Of a DNA stretch of 64,000 bases, positions 29,110 to 42,431 are shown one piece after another. How positions within the stretch are numbered: position 1 is the stretch's first letter; each line of letters opens with the position of its first letter. Location of the stretch: assembly GCA_951406725.2 (NCBI GenBank), contig OX597818.1:124001-188000 (forward strand), in the 5' to 3' direction. The notes beneath the pieces are model-generated. The model worked only from the letters and a program-made list of their open reading frames with translations. It did no database searches and was not told the origin of the DNA. Both the position numbers and the translations under genes were made by a program. The DNA is from Octopus vulgaris (Eukaryota).

Positions 29110-30717
29110 TCAAGATTTTCTGGAGTGTACACCTTCATCTCTTCTGACTAGAGACCATATAAAATCTTCCATCAAAGCAATATTCCATCGTCCTTGATAT
29201 CTTCTTTCCATAGTTGCGATGTCCTGATGAAATCTCTCACCATGCTCCTCACTGACATCACCCAAGTTTTCAGGGAAAATATCTAGGTGAGAGTGCAAAA
29301 AATTAACCTTTAAGGACATATGACAACCCATTTTCTTGAAGTTTTCAATAAGCTTTGCTACCAGCTGTTTGCAATTAGGATCCTTGCGAATTTCTAGGGA
29401 TCCACGAACTACATCACGAAATGCACACCAAGCTTCTTTTCCAACTTTTGTCACCACTCTTTCCAGTTTCTTCGACTTTAACATTGCATTTACTTGGGGC
29501 CCAACAAATATGCCACCCTTGATTTTAGCCACAGATAGCTTTGGAAACATAAGACAAATTTCTTGAAAAGCATCTCCTCTAAAATCTAAGACCTTCACAA
29601 ACTGTTTTACCAATCTGAGTTTGATATGAAGTAGGGGTAATAAGATTTTGTTGGAATCTACTTGAGGCTGTTTGAGAACATTTAACATTCCTGACTGCAG
29701 TTCCACTTGTGGGGGCCAATGTACTCTCTTGTAATGATCATCATCAGCTCTGCTGTCCCATAAGCAAAAGAAACACGAATACTTTGTGTATCCCCCTTGC
29801 AAGCCAAGCAAGAATGCAATCATCTTGAAATCACCACAAACATCCCACTTGAACTCAGCATAATTTATTTTGTCAAGAAGTTCTTTGACATTATCGTAAT
29901 TTTCTTTCTTCTGTATACAAAGTGGAGCAACACTGCTTTGAGACTTCATGTTGAGTTATCTATGAACAGTTGCCATTCTGCAGAATCAAGCTTGAGTCCA
30001 ATAGCAATAAACAAACCAATCACATCTTTACAATAACGCAGACCATTAATATTTTCATAGTAAATTTCGAATTCTTCATGGTGTTTCCGGTACCCAGATG
30101 TCTTGCAGTCTTCCCCCAGTAGACTCCATTCCTTCAACCTTGATGAAAGAAGTTCATCTCCTGACTTAGTAAGACCCAGATCTCTGATTAAATCATCTAG
30201 CTCACTCTGATTTGGAAAGTGAGGCTCTGAAGTCATTCTTGGTATGAAAGTTTCCTCTATTTCTTGGCTGCTGCTACTTGTTGACTCTTCAGATGAAATA
30301 TTTTCTGGTGGTAGTGGTACTTGTAAACTGTCATCATGTGGGACTGGTGCTCTAGATGATGGTTTGTCTGGATACTGAAGAGCTTGTCTTCCTTTCACTT
30401 TTCTGTACTTTGTCACATTGATCATACAAAAGTAACAGTCATTGGTTCTTTGGCTCTCTACATACCCTTGGAATGGCAAAAGGCATTGACCTTCCTGTAC
30501 CTCTTAACCATCCTTCTAGAGTAGATCGACAGCTTCCACATATCACATGTGGGGCAGTGATTTGTCCTGGTCACCCATGGGCATTATGAAATAGAGCCTG
30601 TACGTATCCACAATTTGGCACCTTTCACGTTCTTATGCAATACCTGCTTTTTTCCAATATAATAACCACACACATAGCAAAATGTATCTGGAGAATTTTA
30701 CATACTCTAGTAGCCAT
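29110..30717 (-). pseudogene. Chapaev3-like (CMC) DNA transposase, frameshifted
   Basis: N-terminal MATRVCK../SPDTFCYVCG and DCYFC zinc motifs, plus WDVCGDFKM..LLGLQGGYTKYSCFFCLWDSR, LHIKL and MSLKVNFLHSHLDIFPENLGDVSEEHGERFHQDIATMERRYQGRW. The family is assigned from recalled motif similarity. Confidence 0.75.
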
Positions 30718-30999
30718 CCTGAAAGTAGTAGAACTTAGTAATTGGTTTGAAAGAGAAAATTAGACATACATTTAGTAGCGGAACATTATAACAATAACGA
30801 ATATATAATAACATTGAAAGTCGACATATTTTTTAACTGTTGACGATACACAAAAAATATTTTCATTTTTGGAATCATTTTTGGAATGTTACGTTGTGTA
30901 ATATATTATTCACTAAGGAAGATATTCCGTTTCAACACACGTCACATCAAGAATGTTGCAAAATAAATGCTTAAACAAATATATGTATCTTTTATTTTT

Positions 31000-31340
31000 T
31001 ACTTGTTTCGCTTATTAGACTGTGGCCATGCTACAGCACTGCTTTGAATTTTTAGTTGCATGATTCAACCCCAGTACTTATTTCTTTCCTAAGCTTGGTA
31101 CTCATTCTATCTCTTTTGCCAAACCATTAAGTTTTGGGGACGTAAACATACCAACACTGGTACTGTACAAACATTAACACTTCTTCCAGTTTCCCTCCAG
31201 CAAATCTACTCACAAGTCTTTGGTTAACTCAAGGCTACAGTAGAAGACACTTGCTCAAGGTGCCATGCAATGGGACTGAACTCAAAACCATGTGGTTGGA
31301 AAGCAAGCTTCTTACTACACAACCATATTTGTGCCTATAT
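31000..31340 (-). mobile_element. tRNA-derived SINE (family of 47190-47612)
   Basis: Shared head and gaagacacttg..caagg body and gactg.ggccatgct 3' region. Confidence 0.7.
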
Positions 31341-31712
31341 ATGTATATATAAATTATTTTTGATAGAAGCTGCAAAGAGACTCCAAAGGTTGAGAGTTTC
31401 ACTTTGTAACTTCTATGGATTACATATGAAAAAAATATATGTATATTTGTTTTGAGTACTTGTCATGTGTATGCAAACATCATTATGTGTGTGTGTGTGT
31501 GTGTGTGTATGTGTGTGTGCATACACGTGTGTGTATGTGTGTGTGCATGCATATATATATATTGACTATAATAACATTTAATATTACATATCTACATGAA
31601 ATAAATATATCTTGCAATGTCTGTGCTGGCTCAATTGAATTTTGCTGTAAAATTAGTTTTATTTTTCTCATCCCCACCTTTGTCTCTCTCCCTTCCATCT
31701 TACTGCATGTAT

Positions 31713-31950
<238 letters not shown>

Positions 31951-33359
31951 TGGTATTTTATAATAAGCTCTCTGTCTCTCTCTTTCTTACTCCAATAGCA
32001 ACCATAGATGGTAGCACCAACAATTGCCAGTCAAATTTCCCAATTTCCTACACATATATGTAAATACACATCTATACACACTCACACATAAATACACATA
32101 TGCACACACATATATACACGTGTACATTTATACATATAAACTTACATGTATACATATACACACACACACACATACATATGTCCCTTTCTCTCTCTTTTAA
32201 TAAATATAAACTTTCGCTTGTAACAGTATTTATTAAATTGTCATGAAATATTAAAAATGATCATCTTCACAGCAGCAACAAAAAATGTCATATTACCCAC
32301 CTCCAATCAGTATAATATATTTTATAAATTAATAAAACTTATGAAATAAGATTGGTTAGTGACCTGTGAAGTGATGTAAGGTCTGGACTTTCAAGAAAAA
32401 CCTTTTCTTTGTGAGTCATCTTCCCCCACAGCACAAGAAGCTATTCTGTTTCAAATATTGGAATTTCTAATATTTAGGGTCTTATCTTTACAAATGTTTG
32501 CAAAGAATTTTATTTTTCTGTCAATGTAGGTCAGACATTTCCTCAGGTCCAAAGGGCTGGGTAGAAAAAACTTGCCCAAGGGGACATGTCATGTGACTGA
32601 ACCTTAAACTGGACAGGAAGCAAAACTTCTTAACCATAGAACCAGCCTACCTGCACCTCCCCACTCACTCTGTATTATAAACACACACACATCATCATCA
32701 TCATCATTTGATCTCTGTTTTCCATCTGACACGAGTTGGATGGTTTGACAGGAGCTGGCAAATTAGAAACTGCACCCAGCTCTGCTGTCTGCTTTGGCAT
32801 GGTTTCTGCAGTTGGATGCCCTTAGCACCAACCACTTTACAGAATGCTTTTTATGTGGCACCAGCAACAGTGAGGTCACCAGATAATTTACAACACAAGA
32901 CTCTTCAGCTTAGTATTGAGGAAAGTGGCTTTGTACCTGATAAGACATTACAATGTAAGTAGAGGGACTGAAATAGGTGTCTTGCAGCAAAAATACAAGG
33001 CTACCTCAGTAGGGGAGAGGGAAAGGATAAAGAGGGAAGAAAGAAGAGGATAATGTGACAGTGGGACACACTCAGGTTACAGGGAAAGTGAAGTGAAGTG
33101 GGACCAACGATTGGATAGGGTAGTAGGTGAGTAAATTCACAAGATTGCAAAAGGAGGTGGAGGGAAGGGAATGTAATGAGTGGCTACAAAAAGAGGGTGG
33201 GGTTGTTAGGAGGTTTCTTTCTAAGGAAGAGATTCAACAGGGATTGGAAAATAGAGTCAAGAAGGGTACAGTGGATGGTGAGCATAGGTAGAGGGAAAAG
33301 GAAGATGGGATGTGGAGGAGTGATTTATGAGGGACAGATTGTTTGCAGGGTAAGGTTGG

Positions 33360-33830
33360 GCACAGACATAAAATACATACCTTTATGGCCTGGATTTTAC
33401 TTAGCTGGGCAGGTCTTTTCAAGCACAGCAATTCACCAATTCTCTCATTCTTTTGTTATCCTCCCTGTGAGTCGCAACACCTGAAGATCCTTTTTCACCA
33501 CTTTGTTCCATGCATTCCTGGTTTTTTTCTTCCACAAGTTCCCTCAACGTTTACAGATTGGAACTTCTTTATGCAACTGTCTTCATCCATATGTGTCACA
33601 CAACCATACCAACATAGTCTTCTCTCTTGCACACTACATCTGATGTCTTTTATACCTAATTTTTCTCTCAACATATTTATACTTTGTTGTCTATGCACAC
33701 TGATATTTTACATCCAGCAAAGCATGCTAGCTTCATTTCTTTCAAGACTTTGCATGTCCTCTGCAGCCACAGCCCATGTTTCACTACCATATAGCAAAGC
33801 TATTTGTAAACACACATCATACAACTGACT
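33360..33830 (-). mobile_element. RTE LINE 3' fragment
   Basis: LREKLGIKDIRCSVQERRLCWYGCVTHMDEDSCIKK in ORF 33495-33698. Confidence 0.8.
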
Positions 33831-33959
33831 ATGAAGAAATGATGTTGGAGCTGTGAAATCTTGCATGCTTTAATTTCAACACTTCTTATTAAAACCTGCA
33901 TTGTTTCATTCCAAGTAAACTAACATCTGACAGTTCAAAAGACACATCAAAAGTAACTC

Positions 33960-34830
33960 TCTTGAAACTCGACAAAATTTGGCATTGTGGTGTTATCAGG
34001 TACTTGCAAAAAGGGCTTACCCCCCAAGAACATTCATGCTGACATAGTTTCTAGTGTACCTTAGATGATGTTCCAGCTTTATAGCGGTGCAAGAGTGGAT
34101 AGGTGCATTTAAGAGCAGAAGAAAGAGATTTGAAGATGGCCCAAGGTCTAGATATCCTGCAACTGCCACCACCGAGGAAAACATTAATTGTGTTCACTGC
34201 ATGGTGATCAATGACAGGCAACTGACTATAAATCAAATATGGAATGCTTTTAGCATATCCCATGTTCTGCATGATGAATTTGATATGATGATGGTTTCTG
34301 CTTGGTGGGTGCCATATCTTCTGATACCTGATCAAAAGTGCAACTGGCTGATCATATCATGAGAAAATCTGACATTGTTTCAGGCAGATCCAACTAGTTT
34401 TCTTGAATGTTTTCTAACTCAGGATGAGTGTTTGGTTCATCGCTTTGAGCCAGAAACAAAAAGACAATCCATGCAATGGAAATACTTCTTCTCACTTGAT
34501 CCAAACAAGGCCAAGGTTGTTTCATCTGCTGCAGGGAAGGTGACAGTCTCAGTTTTTGAAGATGAAAAAGGCATTGTCTCAATTGACTATCTTGAAAAGG
34601 GCCATCTCGTCAATGGGGAGTACTATGCCAACTTGCTGAGGCAGTTACAAAAGGATATCTAGACCAAGTGCCCAGGAAATCTGATGAACGGAGTCTTGTT
34701 TCATCAGGAAAATGCTCCCCCACACAAGTCCTTGCTTTCAGTGGCTGCTGTGCATGACTGTGGCTTTGAACTGGCTGCTCACTCTCCCTGTTCTCCTGAT
34801 TTCACCTCATTTGAATATCATCTGTTCTTT
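33960..34830 (+). pseudogene. Mariner transposase remnant
   Basis: FEDGPRSRYP..TEENI, SAWWVPYLL (WVPHxL motif), FLTQDE..EPETKRQSMQWK, LFHQENAPPH and SPCSPDF (YSPDL motif) spread over frameshifted ORFs. Confidence 0.9.
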
Positions 34831-35540
34831 CTCTGGACTGGTTTGTATCTTGGAGTCATTCTAGCCAGAAATCTGAAGTCACTGATGACTAACCTATGCT
34901 GAGGAGTACATTCTTCACCCAAGCAGACTGTTGCATTTATGAGCAACAGTCTGTCCCACTTTCTGGTGATAAAGTAATCAATGTTGCTTGTGTGGCCACC
35001 AGACTGATAGGTGATCAGGTAGTTGGCTGGTTTCCTAAAGTTAGTTTTGATGATCATTAGGTCATTTGCATAACAAAACTTCAATAGCCTTGTTCCCTCC
35101 ATGCACATCATAGAAGCCACCAGCCATGAAGATAAGGTCACTGTCATTTGTCATTGAGGTAAGCAGAGGCAGAAATAATAGTTGCTGTTCTACTTTGCAA
35201 AATTAGTCTAAGCATATGTATCCTATTGCTCACTCTGACAACCCCCAATCAACTTATTCACCTATTTCTCAACTAAAAGTATGCCGAAACCTCCTACCCC
35301 GTCACTGTTTCCTTTCCAGAAGATTTTATTCCTACATTTTATTCCTGTGAGAAACCTGACTGAGGTTTCTTTCCACCTTCTTGAATGCAATGCACATCTA
35401 CCCACTTTCATTCTAGCATCTCATTAATCTCACCAGACCAACCTTTCAGTGTGCCTACATTGACTGTGCCAACTCTAAGGATATAAACAGGGAAGAAAGA
35501 GTGAACAAGGAGAAGGGGGTGGTCAGCACCTAAAAAGGAA
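34830..35540 (-). mobile_element. RTE LINE endonuclease (5') fragment
   Basis: EGTRLLKFCYANDLMIIKTNFRKP..ITYQSGGHTSNIDY..EECTPQHRLVISD. Confidence 0.8.
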
Positions 35541-35589
35541 AATTGCACAGGTGTTTTTCAGCAGGAATAATGATTACACAAGTAAGTAT

Positions 35590-36470
35590 TAACAGATATT
35601 GGATACTCGTTGGCTCCAGCTCATATCATCAGTTTCTATCCAGTCTCCTTGGCTGATGCTTGTGCTGAATGTGACTTTGGAGTCCAAGATGGTGGTGAAA
35701 GAATCGCGAGCAGAATTTTCACAGGGTGGTCGATGCAGGTCAAGGATGTTAAAGACGCTCCTTTCTTCTCCTGTGTTTCACCTCCTCATTCAGTTGTCTG
35801 TTCTGCTCGAAGGAGCTGGACCCATTGCAGATAGCAGTCCTCCAGGCTGTCCTTTTCAAGGCAGTCTATTCCCATGTGGATGGCTGGATGTTTGTTTGAT
35901 CCAGACTCCATTTGAGCTGGTCTTTAAAACAAAATTCCGGACCTCCTCTGGGTCTCCATAGAGCATGATCCTCAGGAGACGAGGGGGCTCCATATGCTGG
36001 ACATGACCTGCCCAGTGGAGACGATGGCTTTGAATGGTGGCTTTGATGCTTGGTAGTGAGGATGGTGAAGAACCTAGTTGCTAGTAATGTGATCTTCCCA
36101 TCGAATATTGAGGATCTGTCTGTTGTAGCTTGGATTGTTAGAAGCATTCAAGGCACTTTAAGTCACAGTGGTACAGTGTCCAAGTCTCAGAAGTGTAGAG
36201 AAGAGATGACAGGACAATGTCATGGAAGACCATGATCTTTGTCCAGATAGTCAGCATGTGATTGAAGAATACATGATAGCTGAGTCTACTGAAGGTGGAG
36301 TGGGTTGCCCTGGTCTGGTTTTCCACATCCTTTTCACACATGGGGGTCTTTGAAAGGATACTCCCAAGGTGTGAGAGGTGTTCAACTTCTTCTAGGGGCT
36401 TGATGTTGATGCTAATGATCATGGGTGGACTGTTCTGGTTTGGTGCAGGTTGGATCAGGGTCCGTGTATA
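35590..36470 (-). mobile_element. RTE (BovB-like) LINE 3' fragment
   Basis: LEEVEHLSHLGSILSK and VLSSLLYTSETWTLY, with a C-terminal zinc-finger remnant. Confidence 0.8.
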
Positions 36471-36544
36471 AGACCTTGGTCCATTTGATCATGTTTGCTT
36501 GCTGCAAAGTATGAAATATAAAACTTAGGTTTTGCTGATTTTTC

Positions 36545-37087
36545 ACTTCCTTCAGTGGACATTAAACTCTGCTTGCAAAGACCTGTTGAGGCAAGTGAAA
36601 TCAAAATCAAATCAAATTCGCAAATTTGATGACTGACACCAATGTCAGTGGAGTGCTAAGAGCACCATCTGAGTGTGATCACTGCCAGAGCAGCTGACTG
36701 GCTTCCATGCCAGTGGCACATAAAAAGCACCATTCAAACGTGATTGTTACCAGTGTCACTTTACTGGCACTTGTGCCGGTGGCACATGAAAAAAATTCGA
36801 GCGAGGTCGTTGCCAGTGCCACTGGACTGGCTCTTGTGCAGTTGGCACATAGAAAACACCACTTGAACATGGCCGTTCCCAGTACCGCCTGATTGGCCCT
36901 TGTGCCGGTGGCATGTAAAAGCACCCACTACACTCTCAGAGTGGTTGGCGTTAGGAAGGGCATCCAGCTGTAGAAACTCTGCCAGATCAGATTGGAGCCT
37001 GCTGCAGCCATCTGGTTCGCCAGTCCTCAGTCAAATCGTCTAACCTATGCTAGCATGGAAAGCGGACATTAAACGATGATGATGATG
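36545..37087 (+). mobile_element. RTE 3'-UTR-derived repeat with internal tandem units and (ATG)n tail
   Basis: Repeated gtgcc.gtggcac..aaaaagcacc units; ends gcatggaaagcggacattaaacgatgatgat. Confidence 0.8.
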
Positions 37088-37117
37088 TGTATATATATAT
37101 GTGCGTGTATATTTATA

Positions 37118-37179
<62 letters not shown>

Positions 37180-37291
37180 ATATGTATGAATATATATATA
37201 TATGTATGTATATATATGTATATATATATATATATGTAGATATATATGTATATATATGTATATATATATATATGTATATATATGTATATAC

Positions 37292-37338
<47 letters not shown>

Positions 37339-37377
37339 TACATATATATACATATATACATGCATATATGTATGTGT

Positions 37378-37735
37378 GTGGAGGTGCAATGGCCCAGTGG
37401 TTAGGGCAGTGGACTTGCGGTCGTAGGATCGTGGTTTTGATTCCCAGGCTGGGCATTGTGAGTATTTATTGAGTGAAAACACCTAATGCTCCATGAGGCT
37501 CTGACAGGGCATGGTGGCGAACCCTGCTGTACTCGTTCACCACAACTTTCTTCCTGTTTCTGTTGTACTTGTATTTCAAAGGGCCAATCTTGTTGCACTG
37601 AATCTCTCAAGAACTATGTTAAGGGTACACATGTTAGTGGTGTGCTCAGCCACTTGCGTGTTAATTTCATGAGCAGGCTGTTCCATTGATCAGATCAACT
37701 GGAATCCTCATCATCATAACTAACAGAGTGCCACG
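37378..37735 (+). mobile_element. tRNA-derived SINE
   Basis: Head tggaggtgcaatggcccagtggttagggcag...ggttttgattccc with A/B-box-like motifs; a head-only copy lies at ~24674-24716. Confidence 0.75.
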
Positions 37736-37759
37736 ATATGCATACATACATACATACAT

Positions 37760-38122
37760 ACATATAAAAAGCACCATCCATTCGTGGCCATTGCTAGCCT
37801 AGCCTGGCCCCCGTGCCGGTGGCACGTAAAAAGCACCATCCGTTCATGGCCATTGCCAGCCTCGCCTGGCCCCCATGCCGGTGGCACATAAAAAGCACCA
37901 TCCGATCGTGGCCGTTTGCCAGACTTGTCTGGCACCTGTACCGGTGGCACGTAAAAAGCACCTACTACACTCATGGAGTGGTTAGCGTTAGGAAGGGCAT
38001 CCAGCCGTAGAAACATTGCCAGATCAAACTGGGCCTGGTGCAGCCTTCTGGCTTCCCAGACCCCAGTTGAACCGTCCAACCCATGCTAGCATGGAAAGCG
38101 GACGCTAAACGATGATAATGAT
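37760..38122 (+). mobile_element. RTE 3'-UTR-derived repeat
   Basis: Same tandem units and tail as 36545-37087. Confidence 0.8.
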
Positions 38123-39008
38123 ATATATACACACACATATATATACACAACCATGTGTGTAGTGAATGTGTTTTTGTGTCTGAAATTATGTATTGGTGCC
38201 TTTGCCACAGTATTTATAAAATTTTGGTCATGTTAAAGTCTAAATTGCTCGTGAATTTGTATTTTTCTAAATTTTCCTTACAGAAATGTAATTCCTTCCA
38301 CAATATTCATTTTACTTCACTTTTCATTTCCTTCTATTCTAAGATCTTTCTTTAGATTTCTTCACAATTTTGATTTTTTTCCCATAGCTCTTTTCTGTGT
38401 CTTTGTAGTTAAGTTGTAATAAACTTTCCCTGTGATTCCGTCATCCCATCACTTCACCACCCTGTCTTCCCGTCCTTTCTCTCTTGTCCTTTATTACTCT
38501 ACTCTCTCTCCCACCAAATTCGTCATCACTTATCCACCCCCTTTAGTTCATATTTAACCAGAGGAAACCGTTTTTGTAGACATCATTGCCTATGAAAACT
38601 ATTATTAAAACAAAAATTGGAAATATAAAAAAAATGCAAATATAAAAATAAAAATATTAATAAATCCCTTGAAACTCAGTTGGCCTCTTCCTTTTCTTCT
38701 TCTTCTCTTCCTCCTTACTATCTTCACTTTCTTCTCATCTTCTTCCACCTCATCCTCCTCTCCTTCATCTTCTTTTCCTCTCTCTATTCTTACTTTCCTT
38801 CCCTCTTCCTTCACATTTCTAATAAATATTCTGTTACTCAGACAAAGGAAGTTCTGCAAGAATGAATTCTGTACTTTAATTAATTTCTATGAATTTCGAG
38901 ATTTATTTTTTTTAATTTTAAAGTAGTAACAGCAGTAATAGTAGTTTCAGCTGCTGTAATTCATCAACAATTTTCATAAAATACTTTGTAACATACACAC
39001 ACACACAC

Positions 39009-39055
<47 letters not shown>

Positions 39056-39221
39056 TATATGTATATATGTATTGTAAAAATCCTTTGTAAAAGTGATAAT
39101 TATATTTCTTTGAGTGAATAAAAATTATAATTTGTGGATAATATCCTAGGATCCTGGAGGATGGAGTACATGATATAGTTTCAATATACAATAATAAGCC
39201 TTTCACAATATTTATATTTAA

Positions 39222-39443
39222 CCCTTTCGATACCAACCTGGCTGAAACCAGCTCTGGCTCTTTAGTACAAATGTCTTATTTTCATAAGTTTTGAATAAAA
39301 ATCTTCCACCAAACCTTAGTCATAATTTATGTTCCTAACACTAGCTTAATGATAACTAAGTTATATTACTAAATTCTTTGTTATATTTAAAACTAATTGA
39401 AAGAAAGACAGAGCATCTCAAAATAAATACGGTAATGAAAGGG
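39222..39443. mobile_element. piggyBac-type MITE
   Basis: TTAA|ccctttcgatacc ... ggtaatgaaaggg|TTAA: 11/13 terminal inverted repeat with TTAA target duplication. Confidence 0.8.
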
Positions 39444-39806
39444 TTAAGAAGGGCATGAATACCAAACAACCTTGCTTATTTGTCAATGAATCTGTATTTT
39501 TACACGAAGTATCAGATGAAACTTGAAACCTGTTAGGTGTCTGTCTGTTTGTCTGTTTCTTTGTTGACTGTTTCCCTGTCTCTGTATGTGTGTGTATGGT
39601 GTTGTATTTTAGGAGGGACATTCTGCCAACAAAAACTCTCACACAATAGTTACAGTGCTATTAATTAATTAATTAATTAATCAATTAACAAAGTAATTTA
39701 ACATTAGTTTTTTGGGGGGTTTTTTGTATTAACAAAATGACCCTCCTAAGGTATAATAACAATATCACTTTTATCACAGAGTTTAACATCAAGAATATTG
39801 AAAATG

Positions 39807-39849
<43 letters not shown>

Positions 39850-39877
39850 AAAAAAGCAACAAGAATGGATTAAAATA

Positions 39878-39961
39878 TCGGTACAATTGTTTCGTACGAG
39901 GACATCTTTAATAAGCTACAAAAAATGCAATAAATATAGATGGCTCGTACTCGTCAGCCGA
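39878..39961 (-). ncRNA. Type I hammerhead ribozyme
   Basis: UCGG-CUGACGA-GUACGAG-[long loop]-CUCGUAC-GAAA-CAAUUG-UA-CCGA: intact core, stems I and II pair, palindromic stem III, GUA cleavage triplet. Confidence 0.85.
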
Positions 39962-40420
39962 AAAACATCAGAGATTCCCAAACATCAAAAGGGGTAGATA
40001 CAAATGAGGGTGTGAGTTTAACTGCATTGAAGAAAGTTCGATTCCTGGAGATCCTATGAAAGGTCTTGAACTTACAGAATTTATGCATGTCCATATATAG
40101 TTCATATTGAATTGTTAATCAAGTTATGTGAAGAAACTCTGGATACAACCGTGCGAAATTTCCGAGAATCCTCGCAAGAAGCAAAGTGACAATCTTATTG
40201 TGTAGAGGAACAGATTGTTATTGAAATTTACAAGAATCACAGAGAAGTTCGATTCCTGGAGATCCGATGAAAGGTCTTGAACTTACAGAATATGTGCATG
40301 TGCATATATAGTTCATAGTGAATTGTTAATCAAGTTATGTGAAGAAATTTTGGATACAATCATGCGAAATTTCTGAGAATCCGAGTAAGAAGCAAAGTGA
40401 CAGTCATATCCTGTCGAGTA

Positions 40421-40500
40421 CTGACGAGTACGAGCCATCTATATTTACTGCATTTTTTGTAGCTTATTAAAGATGTCCTCGTACGAAACAATTGTACCGA
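40421..40500 (+). ncRNA. Hammerhead ribozyme copy lacking the 5' strand of stem I
   Basis: CUGACGA...GAAACAAUUGUACCGA is present, but the upstream bases are GAGUA instead of UCGG. Confidence 0.6.
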
Positions 40501-40650
40501 TATTTTAATCCATTCTTGTTGCTTTTTTCCTATTTGTAATCACCCCATTTGTCGTATGGTTAACACCATATAGATTTCCGGTGCATCCTAGTTAAGGACC
40601 CTATTCATGTGAATTCATTAGAATTCACTTGAATCTCAAATACTTAAACC

Positions 40651-40705
<55 letters not shown>

Positions 40706-41261
40706 GGATCACAGATCCTCCCCAAGTCATAAGGTTCATAAGGCCGATTTCCTGAATTCTGTGGCATACATTTTCCTCACTGGGTTACTCATTTTTGCCA
40801 ATTGAGTGGACTGGAAAAATGTGAAATGAAGTGTTTTGCTTGAGAACACCTGGTTCAGGAATTGAAACCACAACCTTATGTTCATGAGTGCAACAATCTA
40901 ACCACTAAGCAATGCACCTAACTTTGCTTTCCCAATCAACTCATTTTTTGCAAAAAGACTTCCCAACAGCAATAATACTGCATCTCTGTCTGTTTGAAAT
41001 TCAATTGCTTAAGCCTGTAGAACCACTAAATGATAATGACTTTTGGAAACTTTGTTTTATTCCACTAAAGTACAGAGAGAAAATAACACCATATATAAAG
41101 CCTATACTGAATTGACTGAGAGCAAATTTGAGATATGTTTTACTAGACTATGCACTCCTATAGGTATTGAGAGAAGTGACTTTCAACACTTTTTCCAAGT
41201 ACATTTGAGTTTTGAAAGAAACTGGCTGCATTTAAAATAAAATAAAACATTTTATATGTGC

Positions 41262-41632
41262 AAGTACTGTGTGGTAAGAAGCTTGCTTCCTAACCACATT
41301 GTTCCAGGTTTAGTCCTCTGTATGGCATCTTGGGCAGGTATCTTCCACTATAGCCTCGGGCCAACCAAAGCCTTGTGAATGGCTCTGGCAGATGGAAACT
41401 AAAAGAAGCCTGTTGTATACATGTGTGTGTTTGTGTCTTTGTCCCCCAACACCACTTGACAACCAGTGTTGTTGTGTTTATGTCCCTGTAACTTAGCAGT
41501 TTAGCAAAAGAGACTGATAGAGTAAGTACCACGTTTTACTAAAAAATCATCATTATTGGGGTCAATAATTTTGATTAAAATTCTTCAAGGTGGTGACCCA
41601 GCATTGTCGCAGACTGAAACAAGTAAAAGATA
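41262..41632 (+). mobile_element. tRNA-derived SINE (family of 47190-47612)
   Basis: gtgtggtaagaagcttgcttcc...ttgggcagg..tcttccactatagcctcgggccaacc...gactgaaacaagtaaaaga. Confidence 0.8.
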
Positions 41633-42391
41633 ACCAAATGATGTACCTACCAACCTGGTTTCTGTCTCTCAGAGACTTATATTCTAATCTGTGTTTAAGT
41701 AAAAAAAACTTTGTATTTTATTTCAACATGCCTTAAATTAAAGATCTCAACTAATAAGTTTCTGCAGGTATGCTTCTAAGTATTTGCTTTGTAATTTTCT
41801 TCATTACCCCCCCCCCAACCACCTACAACCAACAATCTGTTTGAACTTCTTCAAGAAAACTGTCTTAATGCTGCTATATTTTGACCACTCCTTGACTTAC
41901 CACATTGAAGATTTTTAATTAACTTTTAGGCATTTCAGTTGTCTCTCTACACTGCTTGGATAAACCACACATGCTCATTTCACATTCTAATGATATTTTT
42001 TAATATATATTGTTTTTTTTTAAATTCCTCCACTCTTCAACCTTTGCTTACTTTCTTTTTTTCACATTTCTATACTTAAATATTGTTCTTTTTATTGTAT
42101 TGTTTATATTTTCAGTATATGTATTCTCACCAATTGTTAAACTATTCTCCTCTTTTATCAGTTCTATTTAATCGACAGATTTTATACTTTTTTGCATATT
42201 TATATTATGTACAACAGTTATATGGTAAACTAAGAATTTTTTGCCCTAATAAGTCTATCCAATCAAAACTTTTGTAAATATTCAAATATTTTCACTGCAT
42301 CTCTATTACACATCTGTCTCATGTTCCATTCTTCATGATCATCGAAAGACTGGAAACAAGAAGCTTAGTCATGCTCAAACAGTTACACCCA

Positions 42392-42431
<40 letters not shown>

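Larger units (their letters stand above)
39845..40651. mobile_element. (TA)n-flanked fold-back element carrying a hammerhead ribozyme (Penelope-like pLTR/retrozyme type)
   Basis: 113-bp inverted arms 39845-39957 and 40421-40533 (one mismatch), an internal 211-bp-period direct repeat, a one-sided extension to 40651 and (TA)n on both flanks. Confidence 0.75.

Noticed and set aside
37378-37460. tRNA gene
   Set aside because: The tRNA-like head continues into a repeated body and lacks a full cloverleaf; it is a SINE head.
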